Shown: positions 10,646 to 20,731 of the stretch, piece by piece
Numbering within the stretch: the first letter of the stretch is position 1
Layout of the letters: each line of letters opens with the position of its first letter
Assembly (NCBI GenBank): GCA_040217195.1
Contig: JAVJNR010000003.1
Coordinates: 512,001 to 576,000 of the forward strand
Source of the DNA: Leptospiraceae bacterium
GTDB lineage: Bacteria > Spirochaetota > Leptospiria > Leptospirales > Leptonemataceae
Length of the DNA stretch: 64,000 nt
Reading direction: 5' to 3'
Program-made: the position numbers and the translations under genes
Notes under the pieces: generated by a model
What the model saw: the letters and a program-made list of their open reading frames with translations, nothing else
The model's database searches: none
What the model was told of the DNA's origin: nothing

Positions 10646-10804
10646 ATGAGAGAAATTATCAAGCTAGAGTCCACCGCTGGAACCGGATATTTCTACACTA
10701 CGACCAAAAATAAGAAGCTCCATACCGAAAAGCTGGAAGTGAACAAGTTCGACCCCAAAGCCAGAAAGTATGTGAAGTTCGTAGAGAAGAAAATCAGCAA
10801 ATAA
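10646..10804 (+). CDS. rpmG: 50S ribosomal protein L33 (Cys-free, zinc-independent type)
   Basis: [24 protein letters not shown]...KFDP; AAGGA RBS before ATG 10646. Confidence 0.95.
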   Translation: MREIIKLESTAGTGYFYTTTKNKKLHTEKLEVNKFDPKARKYVKFVEKKISK

Positions 10805-10846
10805 CCCTTTCGGGCATTCCAGAGCATTCCTGCGCCCGGTTCCGTT

Positions 10847-11809
10847 GTGCGATGTCCGTGTAAGATCAACCTGGGCCTCACTGTAGGTCCGAGGCTGGCC
10901 CACCTAAACGGGCTTCACCAGATATACAGTCTTTTCCTTCCCATCCGTATTGGCCCATTTTCGACCGGAGACTCCGTCCCGGCTGAAATTGAATCCATGG
11001 CATTTCACGGAGATACCATCGATATTCGCACTGCCTCCAATTTTGAATTCCATTCCCGGAATTTGATTTCCGGCCCCTATGAGATTTCCCGGGCATTCGA
11101 GGTAGTTAGCGAGCGCGGATCAGACCTGAATAAAAACCTGATGGTACAGGCGGCGGAAATGCTGGCTCCACATTCAGGACATGGGGCGCAGCCAATCAGC
11201 ATCCGAATCGACAAGAGGATTCCCCCCGGTACCGGTGTAGGAGCCGGTTCAGCCAACGCAGCTCAGATACTGTTGTTTGCAGTGAAGCAGGATTGGATCA
11301 CAATAGACCAGGCGCGAGACATGGCCCCCGCTCTGGGCTCAGATGTAAGCTTCTTTCTAGATCAAAAGCCAGCCCTGGTAGAAGGAACCGGCGAAAGAAT
11401 TCACCATGTAGAGTCCGGCCCTCTCTATGGAGTTCTCTGCTTTCCTGGCCTATTTGTTTCAACTGCGGAAGCGTACAGTAGACTGAAAAGGCCTTTACAG
11501 CAAAGCGAGGATGCAAAACTTGGGTCTCTGCTAAGCGATTCAGACTGGCAAGCTGTTGCCGCTGGAGCATGGGGTCGCCTGGCACACTGGACCAACGATT
11601 TCGAGGAACCGGTGCTCTCAATGCATCCGTTGCTGGGCGAAATCAAGGAATCTATGGTTCGGGTTGGTGCTGACTACTGCTCTTTGTCGGGAAGTGGCTC
11701 AGCTCTGTATGGGCTTTATAGCAGTGGTCAGAGAGCACAGGCAGCTCTGGACAGTCTGAAAAGCCAATATCCAGAGCTGCCGTTTGAAACGTTTGCACTC
11801 TGGGATTAA
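10847..11809 (+). CDS. ispE: 4-diphosphocytidyl-2-C-methyl-D-erythritol kinase
   Basis: KINLGL, KRIPPGTGVGAGSANAA, LGSDV, VSTAEAY, NDFE and SLSGSGS GHMP/IspE motifs, plus conserved gene context. Confidence 0.9.
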   Translation: MRCPCKINLGLTVGPRLAHLNGLHQIYSLFLPIRIGPFSTGDSVPAEIESMAFHGDTIDIRTASNFEFHSRNLISGPYEISRAFEVVSERGSDLNKNLMVQAAEMLAPHSGHGAQPISIRIDKRIPPGTGVGAGSANAAQILLFAVKQDWITIDQARDMAPALGSDVSFFLDQKPALVEGTGERIHHVESGPLYGVLCFPGLFVSTAEAYSRLKRPLQQSEDAKLGSLLSDSDWQAVAAGAWGRLAHWTNDFEEPVLSMHPLLGEIKESMVRVGADYCSLSGSGSALYGLYSSGQRAQAALDSLKSQYPELPFETFALWD

Positions 11810-11816
11810 AACATAT

Positions 11817-11888
11817 TGGGCCGTCGCCAAGCGGTAAGGCATCGGTTTTTGGTATCGACATACGGAGGTTCGAATCCTCCCGGCCCAG
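11817..11888 (+). tRNA. tRNA-Gln (TTG)
   Basis: Acceptor stem TGGGCCG/CGGCCCA, D loop GCCAAGCGGTAAGGC, anticodon loop TT-TTG-GT, T arm GGTTCGAATCC; CCA not encoded. Confidence 0.95.
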
Positions 11889-11914
11889 CATCTTCCCGCT
11901 CGATTGGTTTGCGC

Positions 11915-12700
11915 ATGGCATCTACCTCCTCAAATCGTATGGCCGTCATCCTGGCCGCTGGTAAGGGCACCCGAATGAAATCCGAGTTGCCCAAAGTAGC
12001 CCTGGACGTGGCCGGAAAACCTATGATCCAGCATGTTCTGGAAAATCTGAAATCATTAAATCTAAGTAAGATCGCTGTTGTGGTTGGTTACCGGCAGGAA
12101 GAGGTAAGAAACCGAATCGATCTAAAGGAGTTTCCCCAGGTAGTGTTTGCAGAGCAACTGGAGCAGAAAGGCACCGCCCATGCACTGCTGGCTGCCAGAG
12201 AAGCCATTGGCAATGAACCGGGAGCTCTTCTGGTCACTTCAGGCGATATGCCTTTGATCCAGCCAGATACGTTCGAGCAGCTCTTCCATTCTCAAGAATC
12301 CCAGGAAGTGGCTGCCTCTGTTCTTTCCTCGGTGCAGCCAGACCCCACCGGATATGGCAGACTGGTTCGAGATCCAGATGGCTTCCTGGAAAGGATCGTA
12401 GAAGAGAAAGACGCCGACGATGAGATTCGCAAGATAAAAGAATCCAATGCAGGCACCTATGTATTTGAATCACCGGGTATTTTTGAGGTTCTTACACAAA
12501 TCGACTCCAGCAATAAGCAGAATGAATATTATCTTCCGGATGCGGTGCAAGTTTATCGCGGCCAGGGCAGAAAGATTGGAACCCTGGTGCTAAACGATAC
12601 GGACCAGACTCTGGGGGCCAATACAGTGGATGAACTGGCCAGCCTGGAACAGAAATACTTTAAATTTCATACGGAGCAGAAAGCCGTAAGCGGATCCTGA
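11915..12700 (+). CDS. glmU: GlmU-like UDP-GlcNAc pyrophosphorylase, nucleotidyltransferase domain only
   Basis: ILAAGKGTRMKS, QKGTAHA, GYGR, IVEEKDA and EYYLPD motifs. No hexapeptide-repeat acetyltransferase domain. Start moved to ATG 11915 because the ORF-track start overlaps the tRNA. Confidence 0.85.
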   Translation: MASTSSNRMAVILAAGKGTRMKSELPKVALDVAGKPMIQHVLENLKSLNLSKIAVVVGYRQEEVRNRIDLKEFPQVVFAEQLEQKGTAHALLAAREAIGNEPGALLVTSGDMPLIQPDTFEQLFHSQESQEVAASVLSSVQPDPTGYGRLVRDPDGFLERIVEEKDADDEIRKIKESNAGTYVFESPGIFEVLTQIDSSNKQNEYYLPDAVQVYRGQGRKIGTLVLNDTDQTLGANTVDELASLEQKYFKFHTEQKAVSGS

Positions 12701-12736
12701 GCTATGCTGGATTCAGCCGAAAACCGAGCGGGAGAT

Positions 12737-13675
12737 ATGAGCTACGAACTACTAATTTTTTCAGGAAGCGCCAACCAGAAACTGGCAGGGGAAATTGCAC
12801 AATACCTGGGAACCAGACTGAGCGTAGCCACCATCAAGAAATTCTCAGATGGAGAGATTTCGGTTAAGATCGAAGAGAATATTCGAGGCCGGGATGTATT
12901 CATAGTTCAGCCCACATCGGAGCCTGCAAACGACCATATGATGGAGTTGTTTCTTATGCTGGATGCCATCCGTCGGGCCAGCGCCAAGAGAATCACCGCT
13001 GTCATTCCTTACTATGGGTATGGTCGTCAAGATCGTAAGAGCGAACCCAGGGTGCCTATTTCAGCCAGGGTAGCTGCCGATCTGATCGAATCCATGGGCC
13101 CCAATCGATTGCTTACAATGGATCTACATGCAGATCAGATTCAGGGATTCTTTAAGGTTCCAGTGGATCATCTGTATGCAGCACCGGTCTTCGTGAAGTA
13201 TCTGAATGAAAAGAAGCTCCAGGACCCTGTAGTTGTATCACCGGACTCTGGCGGAGTGGAAAGAGCTCGATTTCTGGCCCGCCAGATTGGAGCAGGACTT
13301 GCCATCATCGATAAAAGACGTCCCAGAGCCAACGAATCCGAAGTGATGCATGTAATTGGCGATGTTAAGGACCGAAACTGTATATTATTCGATGATATGA
13401 TCGATACAGGTGGAACCATTACTAAAGCGGCCGCAGCCCTGAAGGAGAACGGTGCTACCTCTGTTATGGCAGCAGCCACCCATGCAGTGCTTTCCGGACC
13501 GGCGGTAGATCGATTGAAAGAAAGCTCTATTGATGAAGTAATCTTTACCAATAGCATCCAGCTTCCAGAGGCCAAGAAAATCGAAAAGATTACTCAACTA
13601 TCGGTGGCCGGCCTGGTGGGCGAAGCGATTCGCAGAATTCATAATGAGGAGTCTGTTAGCTCTCTTTTCCTTTAA
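12737..13675 (+). CDS. prs: Ribose-phosphate pyrophosphokinase
   Basis: [29 protein letters not shown] and [16 protein letters not shown] before ATG 12737. Confidence 0.97.
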   Translation: MSYELLIFSGSANQKLAGEIAQYLGTRLSVATIKKFSDGEISVKIEENIRGRDVFIVQPTSEPANDHMMELFLMLDAIRRASAKRITAVIPYYGYGRQDRKSEPRVPISARVAADLIESMGPNRLLTMDLHADQIQGFFKVPVDHLYAAPVFVKYLNEKKLQDPVVVSPDSGGVERARFLARQIGAGLAIIDKRRPRANESEVMHVIGDVKDRNCILFDDMIDTGGTITKAAAALKENGATSVMAAATHAVLSGPAVDRLKESSIDEVIFTNSIQLPEAKKIEKITQLSVAGLVGEAIRRIHNEESVSSLFL

Positions 13676-13740
13676 TTGGAATCAGACAGCCACAGCATAA
13701 TTCAGAGTACAGTTATCAGGAAATCATTCGAGGTTAAGAA

Positions 13741-14346
13741 ATGGAAAGAACAATTACAGCCACAAAACGAGATGGAAGAGGAAAGAACACTGCCCGCCGA
13801 TCCCGAGTGGCCGGCAAAATCCCCGCCAACCTGATTGGAAGCGGTAAGTCAGAGGCCCTGGAAGTAGATGGCAAAGATTTCGAACGTCTTCTCCAGTCCG
13901 GCCTGCGTCAGAGCTCTGAAATCCAGTTAGCAGTGGATGGAGACAGTGCAGTGAAAGTCCTGGCAAAAGAAATTCAGCGACATCCTGTATCCGGTGCAGT
14001 TCTGCATATAGATCTGTACCGAATCAATCCGGACCAGAAACTGCGAGTCAATGTTCCCGTTGAAACTAAAGGGTATGCCCGAGGCGTAAAAGCCGGTGGC
14101 GCTCTGGAGCATTACATTCGTCAGCTACGAGTACGCACTCCACCAGGATCTTTGAAAGAAAAGATCGAAGTGGACATTACGAATCTTCAGGTCGGAGGAC
14201 AGATTCATCTAAAAGACCTGGATATTCCTGGAGATTGGGACATCATGATGAAAGGAAACCCTATCATCTGTAAAATCGCACAATCCAGAATGACCGTAAT
14301 GGCAGACAATGAACCAGGGGAAGCTGAAGCTCCAGCTGAAGCCTGA
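13741..14346 (+). CDS. rplY: 50S ribosomal protein L25/Ctc
   Basis: GKNTARRSR, EIQRHPV, HIDL and GVKAGG motifs; prs-rplY-pth synteny. Confidence 0.92.
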   Translation: MERTITATKRDGRGKNTARRSRVAGKIPANLIGSGKSEALEVDGKDFERLLQSGLRQSSEIQLAVDGDSAVKVLAKEIQRHPVSGAVLHIDLYRINPDQKLRVNVPVETKGYARGVKAGGALEHYIRQLRVRTPPGSLKEKIEVDITNLQVGGQIHLKDLDIPGDWDIMMKGNPIICKIAQSRMTVMADNEPGEAEAPAEA

Positions 14347-14360
14347 TTCGAGGGTAGTCT

Positions 14361-14924
14361 ATGAAGCTGATTATTGGCCTGGGCAATCCCGGGGAAAAGT
14401 ACATCAATCGGAGGTCAAACATTGGCTTCAAGATCCTTGATGTAATCGCCAATAACAATAACATAGATATTCGCACAAAGAAAAAGAAGTCTCTTATTGG
14501 CCGGGGCGAGTTTGAGGGGGAGGAAGTTGTGCTTCTGAAGCCTCAAACCTACGCTGAATTGGCCGGGGAAGCTGCTCTATACATTGCTTCTTTTCTGAGA
14601 ATCAAGCCAGAGGATATCATCGTCATTATGGATGATTTCGCACTGGATCTGGGAAAAATTGTGGTTGAACAGGGCGGTGTAAATCATGGACACCCGGGCA
14701 TTGACAATCTGGCCATCGCTTTGAAATCCCCCAACTTCATTCGAGTGCGGGTAGGCATTGTGGGCAAGAGCGCAGCCAAAAAAAAGCGCGAGCAGTACGT
14801 AAATCAGGAATTTGATCCTCTGGAAAACGTGCAGCTAATTAACATTATCAACGATGCAGAAGCCGCCATCCGATCTATCACCCAGGGCGATATCGATGAG
14901 GTGGTGGAAAAATTCCGCCTTTAA
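14361..14924 (+). CDS. pth: Peptidyl-tRNA hydrolase family protein with substituted active site
   Basis: GLGNPG, LLKPQTY and RVRVGI fold motifs plus synteny. The His20 equivalent is Ser, and the Asn68 and Asn114 equivalents are also changed. Confidence 0.85.
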   Translation: MKLIIGLGNPGEKYINRRSNIGFKILDVIANNNNIDIRTKKKKSLIGRGEFEGEEVVLLKPQTYAELAGEAALYIASFLRIKPEDIIVIMDDFALDLGKIVVEQGGVNHGHPGIDNLAIALKSPNFIRVRVGIVGKSAAKKKREQYVNQEFDPLENVQLINIINDAEAAIRSITQGDIDEVVEKFRL

Positions 14925-14927
14925 AAA

Positions 14928-14956
14928 TTGACGGTCCCCCGGGCCCTGTCTATACT
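14928..14956 (+). promoter_or_regulatory. Sigma70-type promoter of ftsH
   Basis: TTGACG-17 nt-TATACT, ending 23 nt upstream of the ftsH ATG. Confidence 0.7.
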
Positions 14957-14979
14957 GATCTTAGTCTACAGGCCTCTCT

Positions 14980-17001
14980 ATGAACAAAAACTTTAAGTAC
15001 TTCCTGTTCCTCTTTCTGGGAATCATCATCATCCTCTTCTTTTTTCAGGGTCAAAACGGAATCTTTCCGGGCCAGGAGACACCAGAAAAGATCACCTATT
15101 CGCAATTCAAGAAGATGCTGACGCCGGACGGAAAAGAACGTTACGGCAGAATCTACACCGGCGGCATCAAGTATCAGAAAGATAATCCCAATCCTACCGA
15201 TGATAGCTTTGTTCTGAAGATTGGTCCTCGCAAAATCCAGGGACGTTATCTAAAAGATGGTGTAGAAATCACCAACGAAGATCCAGAGCGAATGAAAGAG
15301 AAAACGGTTCCTTTTGAAGTGGAATCCGTTCCCGGTTTGCTGGACAATGGATTGCTTGAGCAACTGGATAAGAATAACATAAACTATAAACTGGTAAATC
15401 CAGAAGAATCCAGCTTTCTGATAACCATTGCACAGATGATTCCTTTTGTAATCATCATCGCCCTGCTCTGGATATTCATGATGAGACAGATTCAGAGCAC
15501 GGGCAATCGCGCCATGTCATTTGGCAAGAATAAAGCCAAGCTGCATGCAGAAGGAAAAACCCGGGTAACCTTTCTAGATGTTGCAGGTTGCGATGAAGCC
15601 AAAGAAGAGCTGGTAGAGGTCGTAGACTTTCTAAAAGATCCCAAAAAGTTCCAGACCATTGGTGCCAAGATTCCAAAAGGTGTGCTTCTGGTGGGTCCTC
15701 CGGGCACCGGTAAAACACTCATCGCACGGGCTGTCGCTGGCGAGGCCGGCGTTCCTTTTTACAGCATTTCCGGATCGGACTTTGTGGAGATGTTTGTTGG
15801 AGTAGGAGCCAGCCGGGTTCGCGATCTGTTCGAGCAGGCCAAAAAGAATGCTCCCTGTATTATTTTCATCGATGAAATCGACGCTGTAGGGCGCCTCCGT
15901 GGAGCAGGTCTGGGCGGAGGGCATGATGAGCGAGAGCAGACTCTCAATCAAATGCTGGTAGAGATGGATGGCTTCGAAGAGAACGAAGGTGTCATCGTAA
16001 TGGCAGCTACCAACCGTGCGGATGTACTGGACCCTGCCCTGCTTCGTCCAGGCCGCTTTGACCGACAGGTTGTGGTAGATGCCCCGGATGTAAAGGGCCG
16101 GGAAGCGATTCTAAGAATTCATGCAAAGAAGATACCTCTTACCTCTGATGTGTCTCTATCTAAAATTGCCCGGGGAACTCCAGGGTTTACGGGCGCTGAT
16201 CTGGCAAACCTGATCAATGAGGCGGCTCTATTGGCTGCACGAAAAGGGAAGAAACGAGTGACCCAGGATGAAATGGAAGAAGCGAAGGATAAGGTCTTGA
16301 TGGGACCGGAACGTCGTAGCTTCTACATGACTCCTCAGGAAAAAGAAGCCACTGCATATCATGAAGCCGGGCATGCTCTTCTTGGAACTCTTTTACCCTA
16401 TGCAGATCCAGTTTACAAGGTTACAATTGTGCCTCGGGGTCGTGCTCTGGGAGTTACCATGATGCTGCCTGAAAAGGATAAGCATTCTGAGCCCAGCCGG
16501 TACTGGCATGACCGCATCTGTGTGGCCATGGGCGGCTTTTTGGCCGAAGAATTGATTTACGAAGACACATCCACAGGTGCATCAGATGATATTCGAGGCG
16601 CCACAAACATAGCCCGCCGTATGGTATGCGAATGGGGAATGTCGGAGAAACTGGGAACCATCAACTATTCCAGCAACAATGAAAGCGTATTCGTGGGTAG
16701 AGATGTTTCTTCTGGAAAAAGCTTCAGCGATGAAACGGCCTCTACAATCGATTCGGAAATCCGCCGCATTGTGGATGATCAGCTCCAGAAAGGACGCAAG
16801 CTTCTGAAAGAGCACAAAGACAAACTGGAACGGATCGCCAAAGAATTGCTGGATAAAGAAACCGTAACCGGAGATGAATTGAACCACATTGTGGGCGATC
16901 TGGCTTCCGAGAATCAGCGAAGGCTCAGCCAGCCGGACAACCATGGTGGACAGGATCTTCCCGGGTTGGATGGCGGACACTCTCCCGCCCCGGCCACCTG
17001 A
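14980..17001 (+). CDS. ftsH: ATP-dependent zinc metalloprotease FtsH
   Basis: Two TM segments, [14 protein letters not shown], the SRH motif [10 protein letters not shown] and the HEAGH zinc motif. Confidence 0.97.
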   Translation: MNKNFKYFLFLFLGIIIILFFFQGQNGIFPGQETPEKITYSQFKKMLTPDGKERYGRIYTGGIKYQKDNPNPTDDSFVLKIGPRKIQGRYLKDGVEITNEDPERMKEKTVPFEVESVPGLLDNGLLEQLDKNNINYKLVNPEESSFLITIAQMIPFVIIIALLWIFMMRQIQSTGNRAMSFGKNKAKLHAEGKTRVTFLDVAGCDEAKEELVEVVDFLKDPKKFQTIGAKIPKGVLLVGPPGTGKTLIARAVAGEAGVPFYSISGSDFVEMFVGVGASRVRDLFEQAKKNAPCIIFIDEIDAVGRLRGAGLGGGHDEREQTLNQMLVEMDGFEENEGVIVMAATNRADVLDPALLRPGRFDRQVVVDAPDVKGREAILRIHAKKIPLTSDVSLSKIARGTPGFTGADLANLINEAALLAARKGKKRVTQDEMEEAKDKVLMGPERRSFYMTPQEKEATAYHEAGHALLGTLLPYADPVYKVTIVPRGRALGVTMMLPEKDKHSEPSRYWHDRICVAMGGFLAEELIYEDTSTGASDDIRGATNIARRMVCEWGMSEKLGTINYSSNNESVFVGRDVSSGKSFSDETASTIDSEIRRIVDDQLQKGRKLLKEHKDKLERIAKELLDKETVTGDELNHIVGDLASENQRRLSQPDNHGGQDLPGLDGGHSPAPAT

Positions 17002-17010
17002 TAGAGAAAA

Positions 17011-17035
17011 CGGGCAGATTCCAGGAATCTGCCCG
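17011..17035 (+). terminator. Hairpin after ftsH
   Basis: CGGGCAGATTC-CAG-GAATCTGCCCG, an 11-bp stem. Confidence 0.6.
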
Positions 17036-17036
17036 C

Positions 17037-17077
17037 CTCTTCGGATTTCGCTCTTCGGATTTCGCTCTTCGGATTTC
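17037..17077. repeat. 14-bp tandem repeat, about 2.9 copies
   Basis: CTCTTCGGATTTCG twice, then CTCTTCGGATTTC. Confidence 0.9.
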
Positions 17078-17275
17078 AGAACATCTGTCTAAACGCGCTA
17101 AAAGGCCTGGATTGGCCTCTGGCCTTTATTGCAGCTAAAGACGCAGGCAGCCAGGGTAACCCCGGCCTTTCCATCCAGCGAACCTTTCGAATCCAGGCTG
17201 ACTGCCTGGAAGGATACCAGAAACCACCAGGCTTTTTCCTTGCCCTGCCCTGCATACTCGACGAATATAAGAGCA

Positions 17276-18871
17276 GTGGCCAACTCCCCGGATAACGAAT
17301 CAAAGGAACGAACAGATGAAGATCTGGAGAAGGTCCTCAGTCAGCCATTCCAGATGGATGGGCTGGCCCGCGCCGAAGAAGCTGCTTTTTTATCCAGTGC
17401 AACGCGTACTGTTGAAAGACAGCCGGAACCGAAAACCGACGAAGATATACAGCTATTCCTCCGACCGGTAGAAATCGTCCTTCGTCCCCATATATCCACT
17501 GCAAATCTTATCCTGGAAAGACTATTTGCGCCAGGCCTTGAAGATGGAACCAGAGCTGTAATCGATCAGTATAGCGAGGATCTTAAAAAAGACATCGATG
17601 CCCTGCGAAAAGCGTTTCGCGTTTACGTAGAAACAGCCGCCGATGAAACTCTGAACCGGGAAGCCTCCCGGCAGGTCCGGAAATATTTTCAGGATAGTAC
17701 CGGCACGAATGAAATCAATTTTGTTAAGCTAAAGAGATTGTACGAAAAGATAAAGACTTTCAATGAGAAGTCCCGAGAGATCTGGAGAAACATCAACAAG
17801 CTGATTGATACTTTCTCGGTAATCCATGAGACCAGACGTCTGGTTCGAGGCCTGGAAACAGACTACCTGGAACCAATCCAAAAACTGATTCGCAGCACAG
17901 AAAGCTTTCTGGGAGCCCTTTATCGCTACATCCAGGTAAATAGAGAGCAAAGAGATACCGTTACCGGCGGGTTCAGAATCGATCTTAGCTACGATGCCCA
18001 CGTGGATTATACGCTGGTAAGCATGGCCCGGCCCGAAGGGGAAGTGGCCGAGGAAAGCCAGGAAAACCGGGAGGAGGAGGGTCAGGAGGAAGATGGGGGC
18101 CCCCCTGCTGTTTCCATCGCAAGAAGCATAATCCTGGAGACCAGAGAAAGGCGTATCCACAGAGCCAGTCTGTATGCCGTTCCCATACTCGGTAGCCGGG
18201 ACTGGAATCGGTCCCAGGATTACAGCATGGAAATCTCGGTGCAGGACTATCGGAATGGCCTGGAAGACTTCAAGGAGGCATTTCTGGTTATCCTTAAACC
18301 GGAAGATCAACCATCAAGTCTCACGCCATCCGGGGCCATGGTAAAGAAAGGCTCCGGGGCCAGTCATCTGGAGGCCTACATCGATCTAATTGAACGCATA
18401 CTGAATGAAGAAACCAGGGCCTTGATCACATCGGACTTTCCAGGGCTTCTGTATCCTGATGTTTTTCTGTATCATTGCGGACCGATAGTTATCTATAAGA
18501 TTCTGATGGTCACCCTGCGCCAGCGAAACATTGGCGATATTTTCAGAATTGACGAACAATCCCAGATTCGCCGCGAATACCCGGAAATTCTAATACAGAA
18601 AATCCTAATTGAATGGTGGACCGAGCGATTCAGACAGGTAAACGGCGAACAGGTAGACTCCTACCTAACCTATTCAAGAACCCTGGAGATGATTCGCAAG
18701 GAGTTCCGGGCACTCTATGGTCGCGGAACGGAAATGCGCAGGATGGAGCAACCCGGTGGTAGCTACCTGCAGCAGGACCAGTGGATCCGGCAGAACAGAA
18801 ACCGAATATTCGGCCTTCGAAAGTACGAGGTTTTTCGTCGATTTCTCAGCGGAACCATGTTTGAATTCTGA
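17276..18871 (+). CDS. Hypothetical helical cytoplasmic protein
   Basis: Long ORF (track start 17129; GTG 17276 looks more plausible). No family recognised. Confidence 0.75.
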   Translation: MANSPDNESKERTDEDLEKVLSQPFQMDGLARAEEAAFLSSATRTVERQPEPKTDEDIQLFLRPVEIVLRPHISTANLILERLFAPGLEDGTRAVIDQYSEDLKKDIDALRKAFRVYVETAADETLNREASRQVRKYFQDSTGTNEINFVKLKRLYEKIKTFNEKSREIWRNINKLIDTFSVIHETRRLVRGLETDYLEPIQKLIRSTESFLGALYRYIQVNREQRDTVTGGFRIDLSYDAHVDYTLVSMARPEGEVAEESQENREEEGQEEDGGPPAVSIARSIILETRERRIHRASLYAVPILGSRDWNRSQDYSMEISVQDYRNGLEDFKEAFLVILKPEDQPSSLTPSGAMVKKGSGASHLEAYIDLIERILNEETRALITSDFPGLLYPDVFLYHCGPIVIYKILMVTLRQRNIGDIFRIDEQSQIRREYPEILIQKILIEWWTERFRQVNGEQVDSYLTYSRTLEMIRKEFRALYGRGTEMRRMEQPGGSYLQQDQWIRQNRNRIFGLRKYEVFRRFLSGTMFEF

Positions 18872-18950
18872 CCAGCTGTCAGGGTTTTATATTTCTTGGC
18901 AGAAAGTGCGCCTGCTCAAAAGTTGACTTTTGAGTCAATAGAACCTGGCA

Positions 18951-20126
18951 ATGGCCAGTAAAGAGGCGGCAATGAAAGGACTACCAAGTCAACTACCCTA
19001 CACAGACGATCATCATACTTTCCGGGATATGGTCCGGGATTTCGTAAACAATAAGATAGCTCCCAACCACGAGCAATGGGAAAAGGATAAGATTGTACCC
19101 CGTGAAATATGGGCCGAGGCCGGCCAACTGGGCATGATCTGTCCCAACTTTCCGGCAGAGTATGGAGCAGCTGAAGCTGACTTTCTCTACAACGTAATAG
19201 TAATCGAAGAGCTGGCCCGCGTTGGCGCAAGCGGCTTTTTTGTGAGCCTGCATGCTGACGTAATTGCTCCGTACGTTCTGCATTATGCGAACGATGAGCA
19301 AAAGAAGCGATGGCTTCCAGGAATCGTGGATGGTACCAAGATTCTGGCCGTGGCCATGACTGAACCCAATGCAGGAAGCGACCTGGCCGGGATTCAAACC
19401 ACTGCTGTAGACAAAGGGGACCATTATCTGGTTAACGGCTCCAAGACTTTTATCTCAAACGGATATCTTTCAGACCTGGTCATCACCGTTGTAAAAACCG
19501 ACACCACTCGCGGCCAGAACGGTGTTTCGCTTATTGGAATCGAACGGGGCATGGAAGGTTTCGAAAGAGGAAGAAAGCTAGAAAAAATAGGACTTCATGC
19601 CCAGGATACCTCTGAACTGTTTTTTAACGATGTAAAAGTTCCCAAAGAAAACCTTATCGGAAAAGCAGGCTACGGATTCAGGTACTTAATGAGCGAACTG
19701 GCAACCGAGCGATTGGTTCTGGCCATTAGCAACATGCGCTCTGCAGAAGCCACCCTGGAAATGACCGTGGATTACGTAAAGACCCGAAAAGCTTTCGGAA
19801 AATCCATCGGGAAATTCCAGAATACTCAGTTTAAACTGGCGGATATGTACACCGAGCAAATGGCTGCCCGGGCCATGCTGGATCAAGTTATCATTCAGTT
19901 CATGAAAGGTGAAAAGGTAACTGTTCAGGCATCTCAGGCAAAACTCCTATGCTCGGAAATGCTAAAACGTCATGTAGACGAGTGCCTGCAGTTCTATGGA
20001 GGGTACGGATATATGACTGAATACCCTATCGCAAGAGCGTTTCTAGATGCCCGAGTTCAATCCATCTATGCAGGAACTTCTGAGATCATGCGAGAGATTA
20101 TTGCAGGAAAAGGACTGGGATTATAA
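18951..20126 (+). CDS. Acyl-CoA dehydrogenase (long-chain type)
   Basis: AMTEPNAGSD, NGSKTFISNG, QDTSELFF, R.AFGK.I, GGYGYMTEYPIAR and IYAGTSEIM. The start may be ATG 18972. Confidence 0.95.
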   Translation: MASKEAAMKGLPSQLPYTDDHHTFRDMVRDFVNNKIAPNHEQWEKDKIVPREIWAEAGQLGMICPNFPAEYGAAEADFLYNVIVIEELARVGASGFFVSLHADVIAPYVLHYANDEQKKRWLPGIVDGTKILAVAMTEPNAGSDLAGIQTTAVDKGDHYLVNGSKTFISNGYLSDLVITVVKTDTTRGQNGVSLIGIERGMEGFERGRKLEKIGLHAQDTSELFFNDVKVPKENLIGKAGYGFRYLMSELATERLVLAISNMRSAEATLEMTVDYVKTRKAFGKSIGKFQNTQFKLADMYTEQMAARAMLDQVIIQFMKGEKVTVQASQAKLLCSEMLKRHVDECLQFYGGYGYMTEYPIARAFLDARVQSIYAGTSEIMREIIAGKGLGL

Positions 20127-20191
20127 TATCTACAGCCCGGATCAAAATTAGGATTCGGCCGCGAGATTTAGTTGCGGCTGATGGATGAAAT

Positions 20192-20223
20192 ACAGCTCCT
20201 ATTCAGGGGCTGTTTCTTTTTTT
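20192..20223 (+). terminator. Rho-independent terminator
   Basis: ACAGCTCCT-ATTC-AGGGGCTGT followed by TTCTTTTTTT. Confidence 0.75.
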
Positions 20224-20266
20224 CTGACGAGAAACGCGGACGTTTGATTTTTAGTTCTCATAGAGC

Positions 20267-20731
20267 ATGCGACATCCATCGGAACGAGTCTGCCAAAGAG
20301 TGTTAGAATTGGCCAGGGAAGCTTTTGATGCAGGCGAAACCCCGGTAGGCGCAGCGCTTGTAGATATTCACGGCAATATAGTGGCCGATGGACGAAATCG
20401 AATTGTTGAGGATTCCGATCCGTCGGCTCATGCAGAGTTGCTGGCCATTCGCCAGGCTTGCAAGGTCACTAACTCAGAACGCTTGCCGGAACTAATCCTA
20501 ATCTCCAGTCTGGAACCCTGCCTGATGTGCAGCGGTCTGATTATACATGCCAGGATACCTGAAATTGCTTTTATGGCAGCGTCTCAATGGCCCGGACTCA
20601 GGCATTATCTGGAGAAGTTCAGCGATTCCATCAACCATCGACCGGCATGGCGGATACTGGACGCTTATGAAGATTCAGCCTCAAACCTACTTACCCGTTT
20701 TTTTCAGGACCGCCGAAAGCCTACGGTTTGA
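20267..20731 (+). CDS. tadA: tRNA adenosine(34) deaminase-like nucleoside deaminase
   Basis: GETPVGA, DPSAHAE and LEPCLMC zinc deaminase motifs. Confidence 0.8.
   Translation: MRHPSERVCQRVLELAREAFDAGETPVGAALVDIHGNIVADGRNRIVEDSDPSAHAELLAIRQACKVTNSERLPELILISSLEPCLMCSGLIIHARIPEIAFMAASQWPGLRHYLEKFSDSINHRPAWRILDAYEDSASNLLTRFFQDRRKPTV

Noticed and set aside
11816..11914. N-terminal extension of glmU in the ORF track
   Set aside because: It is the tRNA-Gln gene read as protein.
17037..17077. Possible CRISPR array
   Set aside because: The 14-bp units are directly adjacent with no spacers, and no cas genes are present.
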